Assembly: GCA_023645945.1 (NCBI GenBank)
Contig: JALAIB010000004.1
Span: 1-56,649, forward strand
DNA from: Diploschistes diacapsis
Lineage: Eukaryota
Length of the DNA: 56,649 nt
Reading direction: 5' to 3'
Shown: piece after piece, positions 1 to 12,877 of the stretch
Numbering within the stretch: the stretch's first letter is position 1
Layout of the letters: every line of letters begins with the position of its first letter
The notes under the pieces: generated by a model
Told to the model about the DNA's origin: nothing
What the model saw: only the letters and a program-made list of their open reading frames with translations
The model's database searches: none
Made by a program: the position numbers and the translations under genes

Positions 1-700
1 GTTTTAAATTTTAGTCATGGTGTCCGTGTCCGTGTCCGTGCCATGAAAGAGACAGCCTATTTAAACTATTATATAATTTTATTTTAAGATTTCTTAAGAT
101 CTGATATAATTTTTTATATTTTATATTTATTCTATAAATTAATAGTTTTATTATAACCTCTTTCCGTAAATATGTAGATTTATTTTTATATTAGTTCTTA
201 TTTCGTTTGGTCTAGTTTTTTATATATAAGATATCTTTATCTTGATCGATACCTTGAGTCTACTTAATAGAGATACAGATTATAACACTTAGATCGTATT
301 ATGAATGTTATGGATAATCGAAACGGGATTATTTAATCACTTGTAATTAGGCCAGGTTGCTAAGCCTAGAGTAAAGAACCTTTTCGGAATGGTGGCAGCA
401 GTAGGACTTGAACCCACGACCTTCGAAAGGTCTGCCAGCAATCTTCTAGAATAACTTATTAATTATTAATTGAGGCTAGTATGAAATTTTGTTTATAAAA
501 CGCCTTTTACCTTCTATTGTTTATAGTTATAACAATAACAATAATAAAAATCATTAAATAATAATTAATCAGGCAGGCTAGGAATAATTTCTTAGTTAGG
601 ATTAGCTCAGACTATATCTTAGCCACTAACATTAGGAACCTATTCCACCTACTTTTAACAGAAATGGACAATTAATGAATAATAATGCTAATCTCAACAC
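1..700. mobile_element. AT-rich, RIP-like degenerate repeat/transposon relic
   Basis: Strongly AT-rich and TpA-rich compared with the ~50% GC genic DNA that follows; no ORF; (GTGTCC)3 at ~20-37; contains a tRNA-derived segment. Element family not identifiable. Confidence 0.5.
390..438 (-). other. tRNA 3'-half fragment (type II, Leu/Ser-like) with encoded CCA; PBS-like on + strand
   Basis: Minus strand reads CTGGC-A-GACCTT TCG AAGGTC-GTGGG TTCAAGT CCTAC-TGCTGCC-A-CCA: long variable arm, T-arm, acceptor 3' strand, discriminator A and CCA. No recognisable 5' half. Confidence 0.65.
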
Positions 701-1221
701 ACAAAACCCAGAACCCAAAATGCGCAAAACCCAAAACCTAATCATGAAATCCCAAATTCTTTAATATGCAGTTAGCGTGCGAATAGTCCGCCGTTGGCTG
801 CGGCTTTTAAACCACCATACCCATCTCGTTGGCAAAAATGCTTTTCTTTAAATATTGCTTAGTCTGTTTGGAATAGACTGAATGATTGTTGAGACAGGCA
901 TTCATACCCGATTGTGGGGCTGTGTTGCTGATGATGGCAATGATCAAATGACTTAATGCTCGGCATTAAGAATATTTCTCCCTGGTTGACTCGGTCCGAA
1001 CTGGTGAAGTCTGCCCAGCGAACAGGGGGCAGAAGATTGGCATCGCCTTGGTTGGATTTGCTTATTAGCGTTTTCTGACCAGGCCTGAATTCCTCGGGAT
1101 TTGACTATATTGAATTGGAGAGTTCGTTAAGATGCTCAACGGGCTCCTGCAGCAACCGCTAGGCCAAAAGATACGCGCGCACTCAGCCTAGCAGTATCTT
1201 GACTAAAGAACCAATAGCTCT

Positions 1222-4200
1222 TCAGGGCCTTAACTTGACCATTCCCTCATAACTCTCAGCCTTACCTTTGACACTTGCGACATTCAGTTGGTTTCCACTT
1301 TTCTCTTCAAAGAGTAGCCACTTCTTGAAAAAAGCTCTTGCTTTTCTTGGTTTCAGTTTCTTTGAAGTCACACGCTCGAAGAGCTTCCTCACCCCTGCAA
1401 CAGAACCTGATTTAATCTCCAAATCAATGAGAACAATCCACAGGTCAAGTCTATGTGGGAAGTTGGAGAGAAGCCCCTCAAACATGGTCCGTCCTCGCTC
1501 GTTGTCGCCTTGTATCGATTTGAATTCGAGTTGTGCGAACTTTGAAGTTATTCCTATATGATGAACCTCTGACAACGACAGTAAAGCGCGAGAGAGTAAT
1601 TCTCGGCCTCGTGAAGGAGCCTCGAGAACATTGAACAGAAACGATGCGTAATTGATCCATACTAAAGGCTCGTCAGAGAATTTTTGAACCATAGTTTTTA
1701 AAAGCTCATCAGCTTTCTGCAGTTGGTTAGCTACACCACCCGGCTTTGAGATGGGATCGTCTTCATACCTCATATGCGCCGGACTGTATGAAGATAGTTA
1801 CTAGGTGACGATGCATTTCTTTAGGATCTTTGTGCTGACAAGATCGCTTGAGAAGCTTTGCCAGGGTCTCATCATCTCCATACGTGTGCTCCAGGTTGAG
1901 AAAGGCGACCCAAACATTCATACCCTCGTCTTCCGCGTCACCATGGAGGGCAATGGTACGGATAGCTCGTTCTGCTACATCTCGTGCTTTCTGTAATTCA
2001 TTCATCTGCACGTGAAAAGACATGTACTTTAGCCATATGAAGGAAGATTCTGGCTGCCCCAAGAGTAGCCTCTCGAAATCGGACACCGATTGAGCCTCCT
2101 CAGAATCGAGCTCTGCAGTTTTATCTACCATACTGGTCATTGCGTTAGGCTCTTTACCTATCATTCCCCTCGATAATTTCAGGCTCGTTAAAGCTGTATC
2201 CCCGTTCTCCCCTATTAAACCTGCTGCTGTTGACCATGAAAACCGTTCCACTTCAAGCTCGGTGTCCAACCCATGAACTATGTTTTCACTTGGACCTCCC
2301 TTTGTAAAACGGATCATCTCGGACTTTGGCTCGAGTTCTTGTTCCAAGCTAGGTTCAAGGTCACCCTTCAGGTCAAGAGCAGTGTCGCTATCATCTCCGC
2401 TAGCATCTTGCCTGTACGCTTCTTGGGAATCGGAGCGCTGTGGACCCGGAGGACTTGTCATTCTTCGAAGGACAGAACTTTTCATTGTCAGAGACACTCG
2501 TCGAGCATCGTGGTCAATCTTAAGAATCTTGACCGTTACGGCATCTCCTTCGCCGTAAAGCTGTCTCGCGTCCACGATCGGCTCGTCAGCCAGTTCGCTA
2601 CGGTGGCAAAGACCACTGACGTTGGTGGAGTTATCAAACACAACGAAGATGCCGAATTGTTCAGCCTTCCTTACTTTGCCTGAATAAACTTGGCCTTCGC
2701 ATAGATCTGCCCATGCAATGGGAACCCGATATCCACCGAGAATTACCGAATCCTTGAGACTCATACGAACGTGGCCTAGCGAATCATCAATAGAAATTAT
2801 TTTCCCCCTGACAAGTTTGCCCTTCTCAAATCGCTCACGCCAGGATTTAAGAAAATCATCTGAGAGATCGGTGACCCTGACGAATGCAGTGATACTTCGG
2901 GACAAACCAATAAAGATTCCTTGATCAGTGACATTCCTGATAAACCCGCGCATGGTGTCGTTGACATGGAGCTGAGAGAGCGAGGTAATTTCCGGGTCAA
3001 CAACAGGGGCTTCCATGTTAAGGATCTTCGAAGGCCTCGTGCTCAGATATAAACGCCCTTTGTCCTCACCAAAATCCGTAACGCATACTGTAACGATCTG
3101 ATTCTCTTTGAATAACTGTAGGTCTATCTTGGAAAAATCATCTGCAATATCCGTAAGAGGCAGGAAACCGGAGGCCAATTCACTTAGTTGGATCTTTATC
3201 AGTGTGCTAGTAACACTAATCACTTTTCCAGGTACTATGTCGCCTTTGTGAAATTCAGTGATGTCTTTTGAGGTGGCGGTGCTCCCAGATTTTGCGCTTA
3301 AATCAAGACGGTTTTTGGTAACGTCGACGTGCAGCACAGTTGCTTTAATGGCGGACCCAACGGGAAAATGCTTTGGGAGATCGGTCGGAACATTAGGATC
3401 ATCGGATACGTTGAATGCATGTATCCTCCCTCGGATGTTAGGGGTGACATTCACCCAGAGATGATCTCGTGCGATGTTATTCACATAGCACAGGCAGGTT
3501 GATCCAGCTTGGACTTGATCTAAAGTCAAGAGTTTCAGCTCCTCGAGAATTTCGACCCCTGATTTTGCAGAGAGCTCAAAGACAGGAACGGTTCTACTAT
3601 GCGTGATCGGTAGAAAGCGATGGGTTTTGGAATCGTGGATTCCTAGTATCCGAACGGGAAGCGTTTGACCAGCTTTAAACGATGCTAGGGGCCTTTTCCG
3701 GTCTTTAATATCTTCCCATGAATCGAAGACCTGCGATACATCTATTCGACCTCGCACTCCGTCTGCCAGCTCCACATTTAATTGAGTCTCCTTGACAGAC
3801 GTAATCCTTGCTGCGGTGGACTTGCCGAGGGTGAAGTCGTCGAGGGACTGTGACACGCCATCTACTGGATGCGCCAGCTCCTGATGATTGAACGAGCTTT
3901 GGATTAATTTTCGTTTAGTGACATGCCCTACGTCGTTCACTTTCTGAGTTAAAAGAAACCGTCGCTGGTCCGGGTCCACTGCGAGAACCCTAGCTAAAAC
4001 GGTCTGATCTTTGTGCATGCCAAAGTTTGGTAGCTTGGTCTGATCATCTGGAATTTGGCTCGTTAGCAACAGCCCTGTCAAGGCCTCAGCAAATTCGACG
4101 AACACTCCGGTGGTTGTTATGTTATTGACAAAACCTACAACGTCTGTCCCGACGTTAATATCTTCGAAAGAGCGAGGCATGGTTTCGGCACCGAGAGCCT

Positions 4201-6586
4201 CAGTGAGCGATGGCTTGCTGGTCAGCATTAAGTACTTTCGGTTCTTGCTTCTTCCAATAACAACCAATTTTTGTAGAGTCTGTCCAATGCGAAGGCGTTG
4301 GCTTGCCATCAGACACTTGCGATAGGACGCGTCAAGCAAATGTCCAGACCGCAACTTCGCTCTTGCTCCACTTTCTTTGATTTCAAGTGCAATTTCGTCC
4401 CCAATGAGATCGATAACCTGGCCTATGACTTTATCTCCAACGCTATGATTACCAAGAGAGTGGGTATCAGCTGCGGCAGGATGTGGCTGTGCTCTGCATG
4501 ACAACGTCATCCGATCTCTTACTTTGTTAAGAGCAATTATGCTGACACTTAGAACCTGACCGACTCGAAAATGCTGAGTTGGATCTTGAACGTAAGATTC
4601 ACTCATCTCCGAGATAGGCAGAAAGCCTTTGACATGGCCATAAAACTCAAGAATAGCACCTGATGTATTCAGCGATATTATGGTGCCGAGCGATGTTAGA
4701 CCAAGCTGTAGTTCCGAATATGACTTCCAAACTGCAGTAGTGTCATTTATGAGACTTTTCTTGCAAGTCAAACGCAGTTGTCGCTTAACAAGATCGACCG
4801 AGAGGACCCGAGCCATCACTTCAGAACCTAACTTAAACTTTCGCTCTGGGAGTTGCAAAGCAACATCGGCAAAGTGTGTCTCTTGGACGAAACCAGTGAC
4901 ACTATCAGTCAACCGTATCAACATACCGGTTATATCCTGAGAATGTGTCAAGAGCCTCTCAACGGTTCCATTGACCTTGATACCAGGTTGAATGTCATCT
5001 AGGCTAAGGAAGGGTAACTTAAGGATACTAGGTTCAAGCGACAGCTGGAAAAGTCCATCGATAGGGTTATAGCCCACTACTCGACCGCGATGTAAGCTTC
5101 CAACACAGAATGCGCCGCTTGTCTCGGAGATACTCTGTATTTTCTTTTCGGACAGTCTCGAGATATGTGCAAAGCCATAAACAGTAGGGACGTCAACATC
5201 CAGAAGAAGTCCGATATCAGGCTCGATCCTTTCGACCCTGAAATTGTCTTTAATACTTGAAATCGGAAGTATATCAGTAGGCAATTCTCCTGGCTCAAGA
5301 CCGGACGAAGACAGTCGCGAAAGTGTAAGCACATGAGGCAGAATGGAAACACCTATTGCCCTCTCTTCTTCGGCGCCTGCTGATACCCAAATAATTCTTG
5401 CTTTTACTTTACTTCCAATAGACAAATCTTGACTTCTGAATGATGATTTTAGTAGCTGGCCCGAGTGAAAAACATCTGCTGTTACATCGATCACGTCCAT
5501 CACTTTGCCACATAAACCGTGGCGTGAAGAACTTGATAGTGAGAATTCGATTACTGCACCTGGAAGCAAAGATTCTATGGTGGTCGTATTCTTAGGGAGT
5601 GCATTCTTTTCATAGTTGCCAAGACGCTCTGGATTCGCTGAAAGCTTGATGGTTTTGCCACTGGAGATAATGTCTGCCACAAGGCACAATATGATTTTAC
5701 CTGGCCGAGCTTCAGCTAGGCTGAGGGTTGGGCCGAGGTCTTTTCTCGACATGAAGCCTCTCACGCCGGGATCGGCAAGTCCGGTGCTTAGGATCAAACC
5801 ATGGTCTTCGGCGCTAATGACCTCGGCCTGCAATACGCTATTCGGGGTGATATTCTCCGGTATTAGCCCAAGGTTGACATTTTTTGGGTTGATGGTGAGC
5901 TCGATACGCTTTCTGGCGCTCAACGAAGAGCTTACGCCAGAGCTTATTGATGTGACCATGGCCCGAAGATATTGACCAACGGTGACGTAGTCTGCCAGAT
6001 CTAGGGGTGAAGAGGCACCTGCTTCAGTGTCCTCACATTGGCCAGAACAATCGTCATCTAGTAGGTTCAATTTACGGTCAACCTCGTCCGAAATCGACCG
6101 GGCGGGGACGTAACCGACAAGATTATTCGGCAAGGCAATCGTAATATCTTGATGACCGACCTGGACAACCTGTCCAAGGACGACGACACCTGGGTTCATC
6201 CTTTTGTAACTCAACCGCTCGATACGTGGCTGTAGTTTTGCCCTTTCGGCTTTCGGTACGGTGACTCTTGTGCCCAGCTGCCTTCGTTTGGCGATTGTTT
6301 TGGCTGGGGAAAGCTCTGATGTGCTGGCCGCATGATCTTCATCATCCTTCGAGTGAAAGATTTCGTCTATCCGCAGGCTAGTACTCTGTTCCAGCAATGC
6401 ATCCTGTCTTGCCTGTGTACGAATTTGCCGTTGCTCGAGAGGCGTAAGAATATCTGCTCCACCCCGCCTGAAGGGTTCATCTAGAGGTTGTTTCCGTTGT
6501 CTGGGATCGCGCGAGGGGGACGACTTAATCCTTTTACTACCCTTCACTAGGCTGCTGGGTTCGGCACTGCGTTTCACAGGCGCCAT
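1222..6586 (-). CDS. RRP5: rRNA biogenesis protein Rrp5 (multiple S1 domains + C-terminal HAT/TPR repeats); 2 exons
   Basis: FRRGG N-terminal motif, tandem S1 repeats, C-terminal 'FERLLLGQPESSFIWLKYMSFH...KFAQLEFK...ERGRTMFEGLL'. Intron 1717-1768 (GTATGA..GCTAAC..CAG) joins the 1607-aa and 183-aa ORFs in frame. Confidence 0.96.
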
Positions 6587-6804
6587 GTCGAAGTTTCAGC
6601 TGCGGCCTTAGAAGCCGAGACGGAGAAAAAGGCGTGGTTGATGGACTATATCATCCAAGCTTCTTGGGAAGCCTGGCCGAGGGCTCTGGGATTGTCGAAA
6701 TGCAAGCTTGTGCCGAACCGAAGTCGAATCTTCAGCGAATCTCCGCAGCTTGAGAGGAATGAGATGTCAGATATTATGGGATTCTTGCAAAGGGTTTGTG
6801 AATG

Positions 6805-6833
6805 ATTAGGTAACGCTGCTTTGATTACCTAAT
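6805..6833. promoter_or_regulatory. 9-bp perfect inverted repeat in the RRP5/CDT2 divergent promoter
   Basis: ATTAGGTAA-(11 nt)-TTACCTAAT; function not established. Confidence 0.3.
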
Positions 6834-7052
6834 AGCCAAGCTACGGGAGCGCGTGCACCGAGGACTTGACGCGGCTGGGACGTGCCTGTGAGAAGAAAGG
6901 GCAGAAGCTCTGGATTACATTCATGCCTGCTCTTTTATACATTTTTTAAAACGCATCAACAAGATCACAACTGATAGATCGACCTATTCATTCACTTGTT
7001 CCACAACACTTGACCATGTAAATCACTTGCCTGCTTCACATCCTTTCGCAAA

Positions 7053-9246
7053 ATGTCCACCCGGTCCAGTTCCTCGCCAGCTATTGGTACGACTGGGATG
7101 AAAGAACCTTCTCCCGAAGCAAAAGCAATTCTCAAGTCGAAGGGTAAATCCAGCATCACCCCCAGAACTTTCAAGCGCTTTTTTACCCCACGTCACCGCG
7201 TGGAAAGTCCGGAATACACCATTGTGTCTCGACATGTCTTGGGAGACCTCACCTCCACCAGCGTCAACAGGCTAGCCTCCGCGAAAGGAGCGGAACTTCC
7301 TCGGCAACCATCCAGAAGCCTCTTTGATCGGGACGAAAATCCCATCTGTGGCTCAAACATTCTTCCCTCGAATAGCAAGGAGTCTTTGTTTCCTCTTAAT
7401 GGTACAGATACTTCCCGCCCTGCAAAGCGGCGGAAAGTCTCTGCTGTAGACCAGTGCCAGTTGAAGGAATCCAAATCCTGCGCCCAGCTCCCCTCCGAAA
7501 TACTATCTTGTCAACCAGATGTTCACGCTTCTTGGCCGGTTCGACGGTCACAGGCCCGTCAGGTTTTAGGTGAAACGCTACTCCGTGAGTTGAGAATGTC
7601 GAAGAAGCCTTGCGGCCAACCACTTAAGGCCTGTTATCTGGGTACTTATCCCAGTCTATTTTACACGAGCTTACAGCTGACCGCTAGATTTTCGATCCGA
7701 AACGAGCAAGTATCATAGCCGCCCCGAAGACGTCCACGTCTGCAAAGACCCTTTTGCCAGCCGGCCAAATCTAACTTTACCTTTCTGCGTTGTAGCTTGC
7801 AATAGTATGCTCGTTCCTTGTAATCTATGCCTCACAACGCTAATGCTCATAGCGAATCCCTTGGTCGCTGTTGGTGATGACGAGGGCATTGTTCGACTAA
7901 TTGAAACCCGCAACGATGACCATTCCAGTGTCAAGAGATCATATCTAGCTTTCCGTCCTCATAACAATGCTATTCTAGATATGGCTTTCTCAACAGATGA
8001 CTCGATTCTCGCAACAGCTTCCGCCGACCAAACATGTCAAATTCTCAACATGCAAACGCAACAGGCCACACATGCTCTGGACGGTCACGTATCCTCAGTA
8101 AAACAGATAAGGTTCCAACCGGGCAGCTGTGACAGTGTCATTGCCACTTCCGGTCGTGACGGCTCTATTCAGGTATGGGATCTAAGATATGCAGGCCGAA
8201 GTCGTCCTGCTTTCGAAGTACAGAGATGTCTGGAAGACGGTGAGTATGTCGAAACCAAAACAACGACAAAACCGACGGTCAAGCACGTGGCACGTATTAG
8301 TGCTTTCAGCCAAGCTCACGCTGGGCTGTCCCATGCGGTGGACCGTAATGACGGCCCCACTAGAGCTTCTAGTCTATCGAACTTCCCAGGCCGCCGATCG
8401 ATGGCTCAAACGCGAACTGAGGTATCGGTAACAGCCATTTCATTCCTCTCCCCAAGTAACTCGCACTTGCTGCTTAGCGGAGGTGAGGCGGAGGCAACAG
8501 TTAAACTATGGGATCTTCGGATGACACGAGGTTCAAAACGGAAAAGTACAGTTCCTATTTCTACAACTCGGCGACCTGAGGCGCACCATGTACATCGCCA
8601 TTTCGGCCTGACATCTATGGCTCTTAGTGGCGATGGCGCCCGGCTCTATACACTGTGCAAAGACAACACTGTCTATGTATACTCAACGTCTCATTTAGTG
8701 CTTGGTTGCTCACCAGATTTTGAGGGTACGTCCAACAGATTACGATGGACAGGACCGGAAAATGAGGGTTTAGGTCCTGTTCTTGGCTTTCGGCACCCGC
8801 AACTCAAAGTCTCGACGTTCTACGTTAAGCTTTCTGTCCGTCAAGCACGTCAAGATAGAGAAGAGATGATTGCAACAGGAAGCACAGACTCATGTGCAGT
8901 CTTATTTCCGACTCGTGAGCGCTATTTCTCCCAATTCGGATCTCGTCGATCCCTTCCCAGCTGTCGCTCGGACAACACCAATAGCCCTGACAGCCCTGAT
9001 AGATTTCCCATTTACCAGGCTGGTACGCCACTTGTCAGAGGCCATGAAAACGAAGTTACAGGCGTCGCTTGGAGCTCTGAAGGAAATTTGTTGACTGTAG
9101 GGGACGACAATAGATGTAGAGTGTGGAGAGGAATCGGTGATCGAGCTCGCGAGCTCCGGGTGCGTGGTGAGGCGGATGGTAACCGCTGGGGACACGGTTG
9201 GGCAGAAGGATACTCTGATGTTGGGGATCAGTCCGAGCATGATTGA
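7053..9246 (+). CDS. CDT2: WD40-repeat CRL4 substrate receptor Cdt2/DTL; 3 exons
   Basis: 'LPFCVVACN/..LVAVGDDEGIVRLIET..FRPHNNAILDMAFS..ATASADQT..GRDGSIQVWDLR..STFYVK..GHENEVTGVAWS'. Introns ~7642-7687 and 7805-7852. Confidence 0.85.
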
Positions 9247-9816
9247 CAAAGGCACCTTCTGAACAATGGTTGCGAGCGTCAATGGACGAGCGATGCACGG
9301 ATGGGCACATGCCGCCACTCCATCAGCACAGCTATTTGTCGATTCTAGCCAGAGTACGGTCCGGAATGGTTGCACTTTAAATCCTTCAATGGTCCAGGGC
9401 CTCTCGTACTCTTGTAGATCACACTATATAAGAAGAGGCAGGGAACAAGGGGGAACATTCTGGATGGTAAAAATGGCTGAAGTCCAACTTGTCAAGTCTT
9501 CAATGCAATGTATCACTACACTCCATCCTAATGACTTTAAAGATTGCATTCTTCCCAAGAACCAAACAGTCTGCAAGCAAGCAAGTCCAACGCTTACTCT
9601 TTGCGTCCTATCTTAAGAACCCTATTACACAGAATGAATCGGCTACCAGGTGCTCTACCTACTCTCCAGGAACAGTCATCAGTTCACCATTGCTTGAGCT
9701 TTGCTATGAAGCCCTAAGCGGGCACTTGATCGAAAGTTGAGCCTGCTTCAAGCATGCCGCTTCCAGTTATTGAGACATAGCAATAGAATCGCAATAGTTA
9801 GGAATGATCACCTAGA

Positions 9817-11759
9817 TCAGGACGCAATGGCTCTCGCTCCGGCGTTGCCGCCTCTTCTACTCTTGGAGGGCTTAGAAACAGTACTCCACCCCTCTTCCTG
9901 TAATGGTTCTGCACTGGTGCTCGCCGAAGCAACCGTGTCGATATCTCTTACGACCGCTTGCGGCTTCACGTGCGTGTCTTCAGCTGCCTCCATGGAGAAA
10001 TTAGGATGATCCTTCTCGGTATTTTCGCTCTCTGTATCTCCGGCATCTCGACGTAAAATCTGGTAGGTTTTCTCAGCTTGCTGCTCACGTTGGTCTTCTT
10101 CTTTCGAATGACCATTCGGTCTCGTCTTCGCCTTTTCAGGCCGCTGTTCTGATCTGTCCGGCTCCTTGACTGAGCGCTTTTCTTTGGCTCTGTCTTCGGT
10201 AACCTTTTTTTCTTCGGTCGCCCTTTTATCCTCGCGAGCCTTCTCTTCCACTTCCCTCCGTTGCTTGATTTTTTCCTCGATTTCTTTTTCACGAGCAGAA
10301 GTATCGATTGGTCTGGCAGTTCCGAAAGGGCTCGCTTTGACCTCTGAGCTGCCTGTGGGAAGTGCTGGAGAAGCTTCGGCCTGTGAGACAGTTCGTTTTT
10401 GTAAATTCAGCTTTGGCCGTGTGGCAAAAGGTGGAACAGCCGTTGCGGGCGAAGGGGGTGGTTGAGTTCCTTTTCCGGAAGGCACCTGAGCGGATGCCGC
10501 TGGTGGGTCTGGACGCATCTTCGACCTCCATTGGGTATCGAGCTCAGCAGCAGTCGGGGCACGTTCCGGTACCGGCCGTTCGGCAAAGTCTCGGCGCGGT
10601 GGGCGTGAACCATCTTGAGATCTCCCTTCACCCCACGCCGGAGAAGCTTTCCGATCTCTAGGACCATCATGGCTTGCTGGGCGGTCAGAAGGGCGGGCAC
10701 CTGGTGCGCTCGGCATTGTCGGAGTCAGTGGTCCTCTGCGCTCCCAGTTTGAGAAATCGCGCGGTTTTCCATCACCTTGCTCAAACGCCGGCCGACGTGG
10801 CCGATCGCTCCCAAGGTCTGGGGAATATTCCGCACCTCTCGTGCCCAACGTTGATTTCTCCGGACCGCGCCTGGACGGAATTTCTGGCAGAGGACCTTTG
10901 CGAGTCCAGTCAAGGAGCTCACGACCTTCCGAGCGTTCCTTCTCTGCACCTTGTAAGCTTAATCCAAACTTTTCGTGTAGAACAGGTTGACATACGGGGC
11001 TCGGCAATACTAATTCGGATATTTCTCCCCTGAAATTGAGTGCCGTTAAAGTCCAGAGCCTTCTTTAGTCCGTCCAACGTTGCGAATTCAGCATAGGCAA
11101 AGCCTTTTGGCTTTTTATCCACCCGATCCTCCACTATACGTACGCTAGTGACTTGACAGTTTTCGAAGAAAGCTAGGATATCCCCTTCTGTAGCATCGAA
11201 TGACATGTTCCCAAGATGTACGGTGTACGGAGGTTTTGTAGGCAGTGGCAAGGATTCCCGCGGTGGATAACCTCGATCTTCACGATACTCAGTAGTTGAA
11301 CCTGAAACGGCTTCGAGGGAAGATGATTTTACTTACCAGAAGAAGCGCCGCTTCGGCTCCAATCGCCATGCGAACGCTCGGAAGCGTAGCTGGTACGCGG
11401 ACCTAGATGTTTTTAGAATGCGGTCACAAGAGGGTCATACAAGGATAACCCTTGAATAATCAATCTCTTACCAGCTACTTCATGGTTAGCAGGGAGAACA
11501 AATCAAGTAACCTCTGGGCTCACATGGTACCGCTACATCTTCCATCTCATCTGCCCATGATCCTAAAGCTAGGCTGGCCATTAGCTTCGAGTGGAAGGAG
11601 TTGTTCGCGGTCTCATCGCACAGGCGTCTGTAAGGAATTCACCAAGCCCCATCTTCTGTCCCTTTGCCTTCGGAGGTGCTGCATCACTGGTCAGCCGTAT
11701 ACGGTGAAAACCAGGTAGCTGCCGTCTGTAGGGAGCATGTAATGAGAAAACATACCCAT
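9817..11759 (-). CDS. TIF3: Translation initiation factor eIF4B (Tif3/Sce3-like), multi-exon
   Basis: Spliced N-terminus M-APPKAKGQKMGLGEFLTD..LGSWADEMED; RRM 'LPTKPPYTVHLGNMSFD..KPKGFAYAEF'; DWTRKGPL repeats; 'RPKLNLQKRT' and 'ASPFGTARPIDT' motifs. First exon is ATG+G at 11759-11756. Confidence 0.9.
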
Positions 11760-12200
11760 GTCGGCGGTGAGAAGGCCACGGTCTCTTAGTGTTGTTAGTA
11801 TACAACGGATAACCGTCCTCTAACAATGATGATTGACAAGCCGTGATTGCGCCCTTTAAAGTCGCGAGAAGTAAGTGGTGAAGCAGCCACTCGATTCCAT
11901 TACTACTTTGGAAATTTTACCGGTTGGTGGATCTCCAGGGCACGGGATGATTTTACGTGTACGGAGAGCGGAGGTACGAAGTGCCTTCCTCCGACCTTAC
12001 AAAAATGTGCAACCTAACCTCAGATTGATCGTTGTGAGATGACTTCACATCAGCATGCATGCTCAGGGTGACCATAACCCTTCCGGCACGGAAGACCTCC
12101 TTCAATCGTCTTTTAAGGCCGGAGCAATTACTGGTATGCATAGATATTAGTTCATCACATAGTCGACATGTGAGATGCTGGGAGCCTCACCCCCAAATGA

Positions 12201-12877
12201 ATGGGAGCTCAAGCCAGACTTATCACGAAGCTTATTACTCTTGCCCTTGGCTCTTGCTCCTCCAACGTCCGTGAAACCTCTCATTACAAGTCACTGATTA
12301 GTGTTTTAGGTGGATTTGGCTTGTTCTTAGGCTCCTTTGTTGGAATTGTACGCTCTGCACGCCCACTTATCTTCGCTCTAGCCTCTGGCCTTCAATGGTT
12401 TGCAGTGGGCACGATCTATCGGGGTACGTTTGTCACCAAGCCTTAATGTTTCTTCGTCTCATTGATCCAGCGTCCCGAACCCTCTTTCTACATACAAGGC
12501 TCACCAAGTCTGAAAGTAGCCCGTTAGCGAGCGGGGTGGGTGCAGCCATGGCCGGTGGTTTTGCAGGTGCTATCGCTCGTGGTCGATGGAACGTTATGCC
12601 GGGCGCGCTTGTTTTCGGTGTACTCGGACTCACAGGCCAAAGTTTATATGACAAGGCAACCGCAAGCGATGTTACATCAACCAGCATTACCCGCCAAGTC
12701 TCCGATCAGAAGCCCATGCGGAATTGGTTTCCTCTCAAAGCTCTTGAAGACCGCGAGTATGAGAGGATCCTGCAAGAAAAGCTTGTCCGGGTGGACTCCG
12801 AGATCGCCCTACTAGGCGAAGATATCCAGACCCTTCAGCATCTGCCTCGTTATTCACGAGAAAAGGAATCGCCATAA
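12201..12877 (+). CDS. Conserved fungal Gly-rich membrane protein, Tim17/Tim22-like; start and first intron uncertain
   Basis: GxxxG-rich hydrophobic helices 'GGFGLFLGSFVGIVRS..SGLQWF', 'GAAMAGGFAGAIARGRWNVMPGALVFGVLG'; C-terminal 'PLKALEDREYERILQEKLVRVDSEIALL'; intron ~12424-12469. Confidence 0.65.

Noticed and set aside
695..755. Telomeric repeat array
   Set aside because: AAACCC-like words are irregular and there are no tandem CCCTAA repeats.
811..830. 5S rRNA start (ACCATACCCA)
   Set aside because: Only ~10 nt of similarity; the rest of 5S is absent.
929..1088. Box C/D snoRNA (TGATGA..CTGA)
   Set aside because: No terminal stem and no rRNA-complementary guide recognised.
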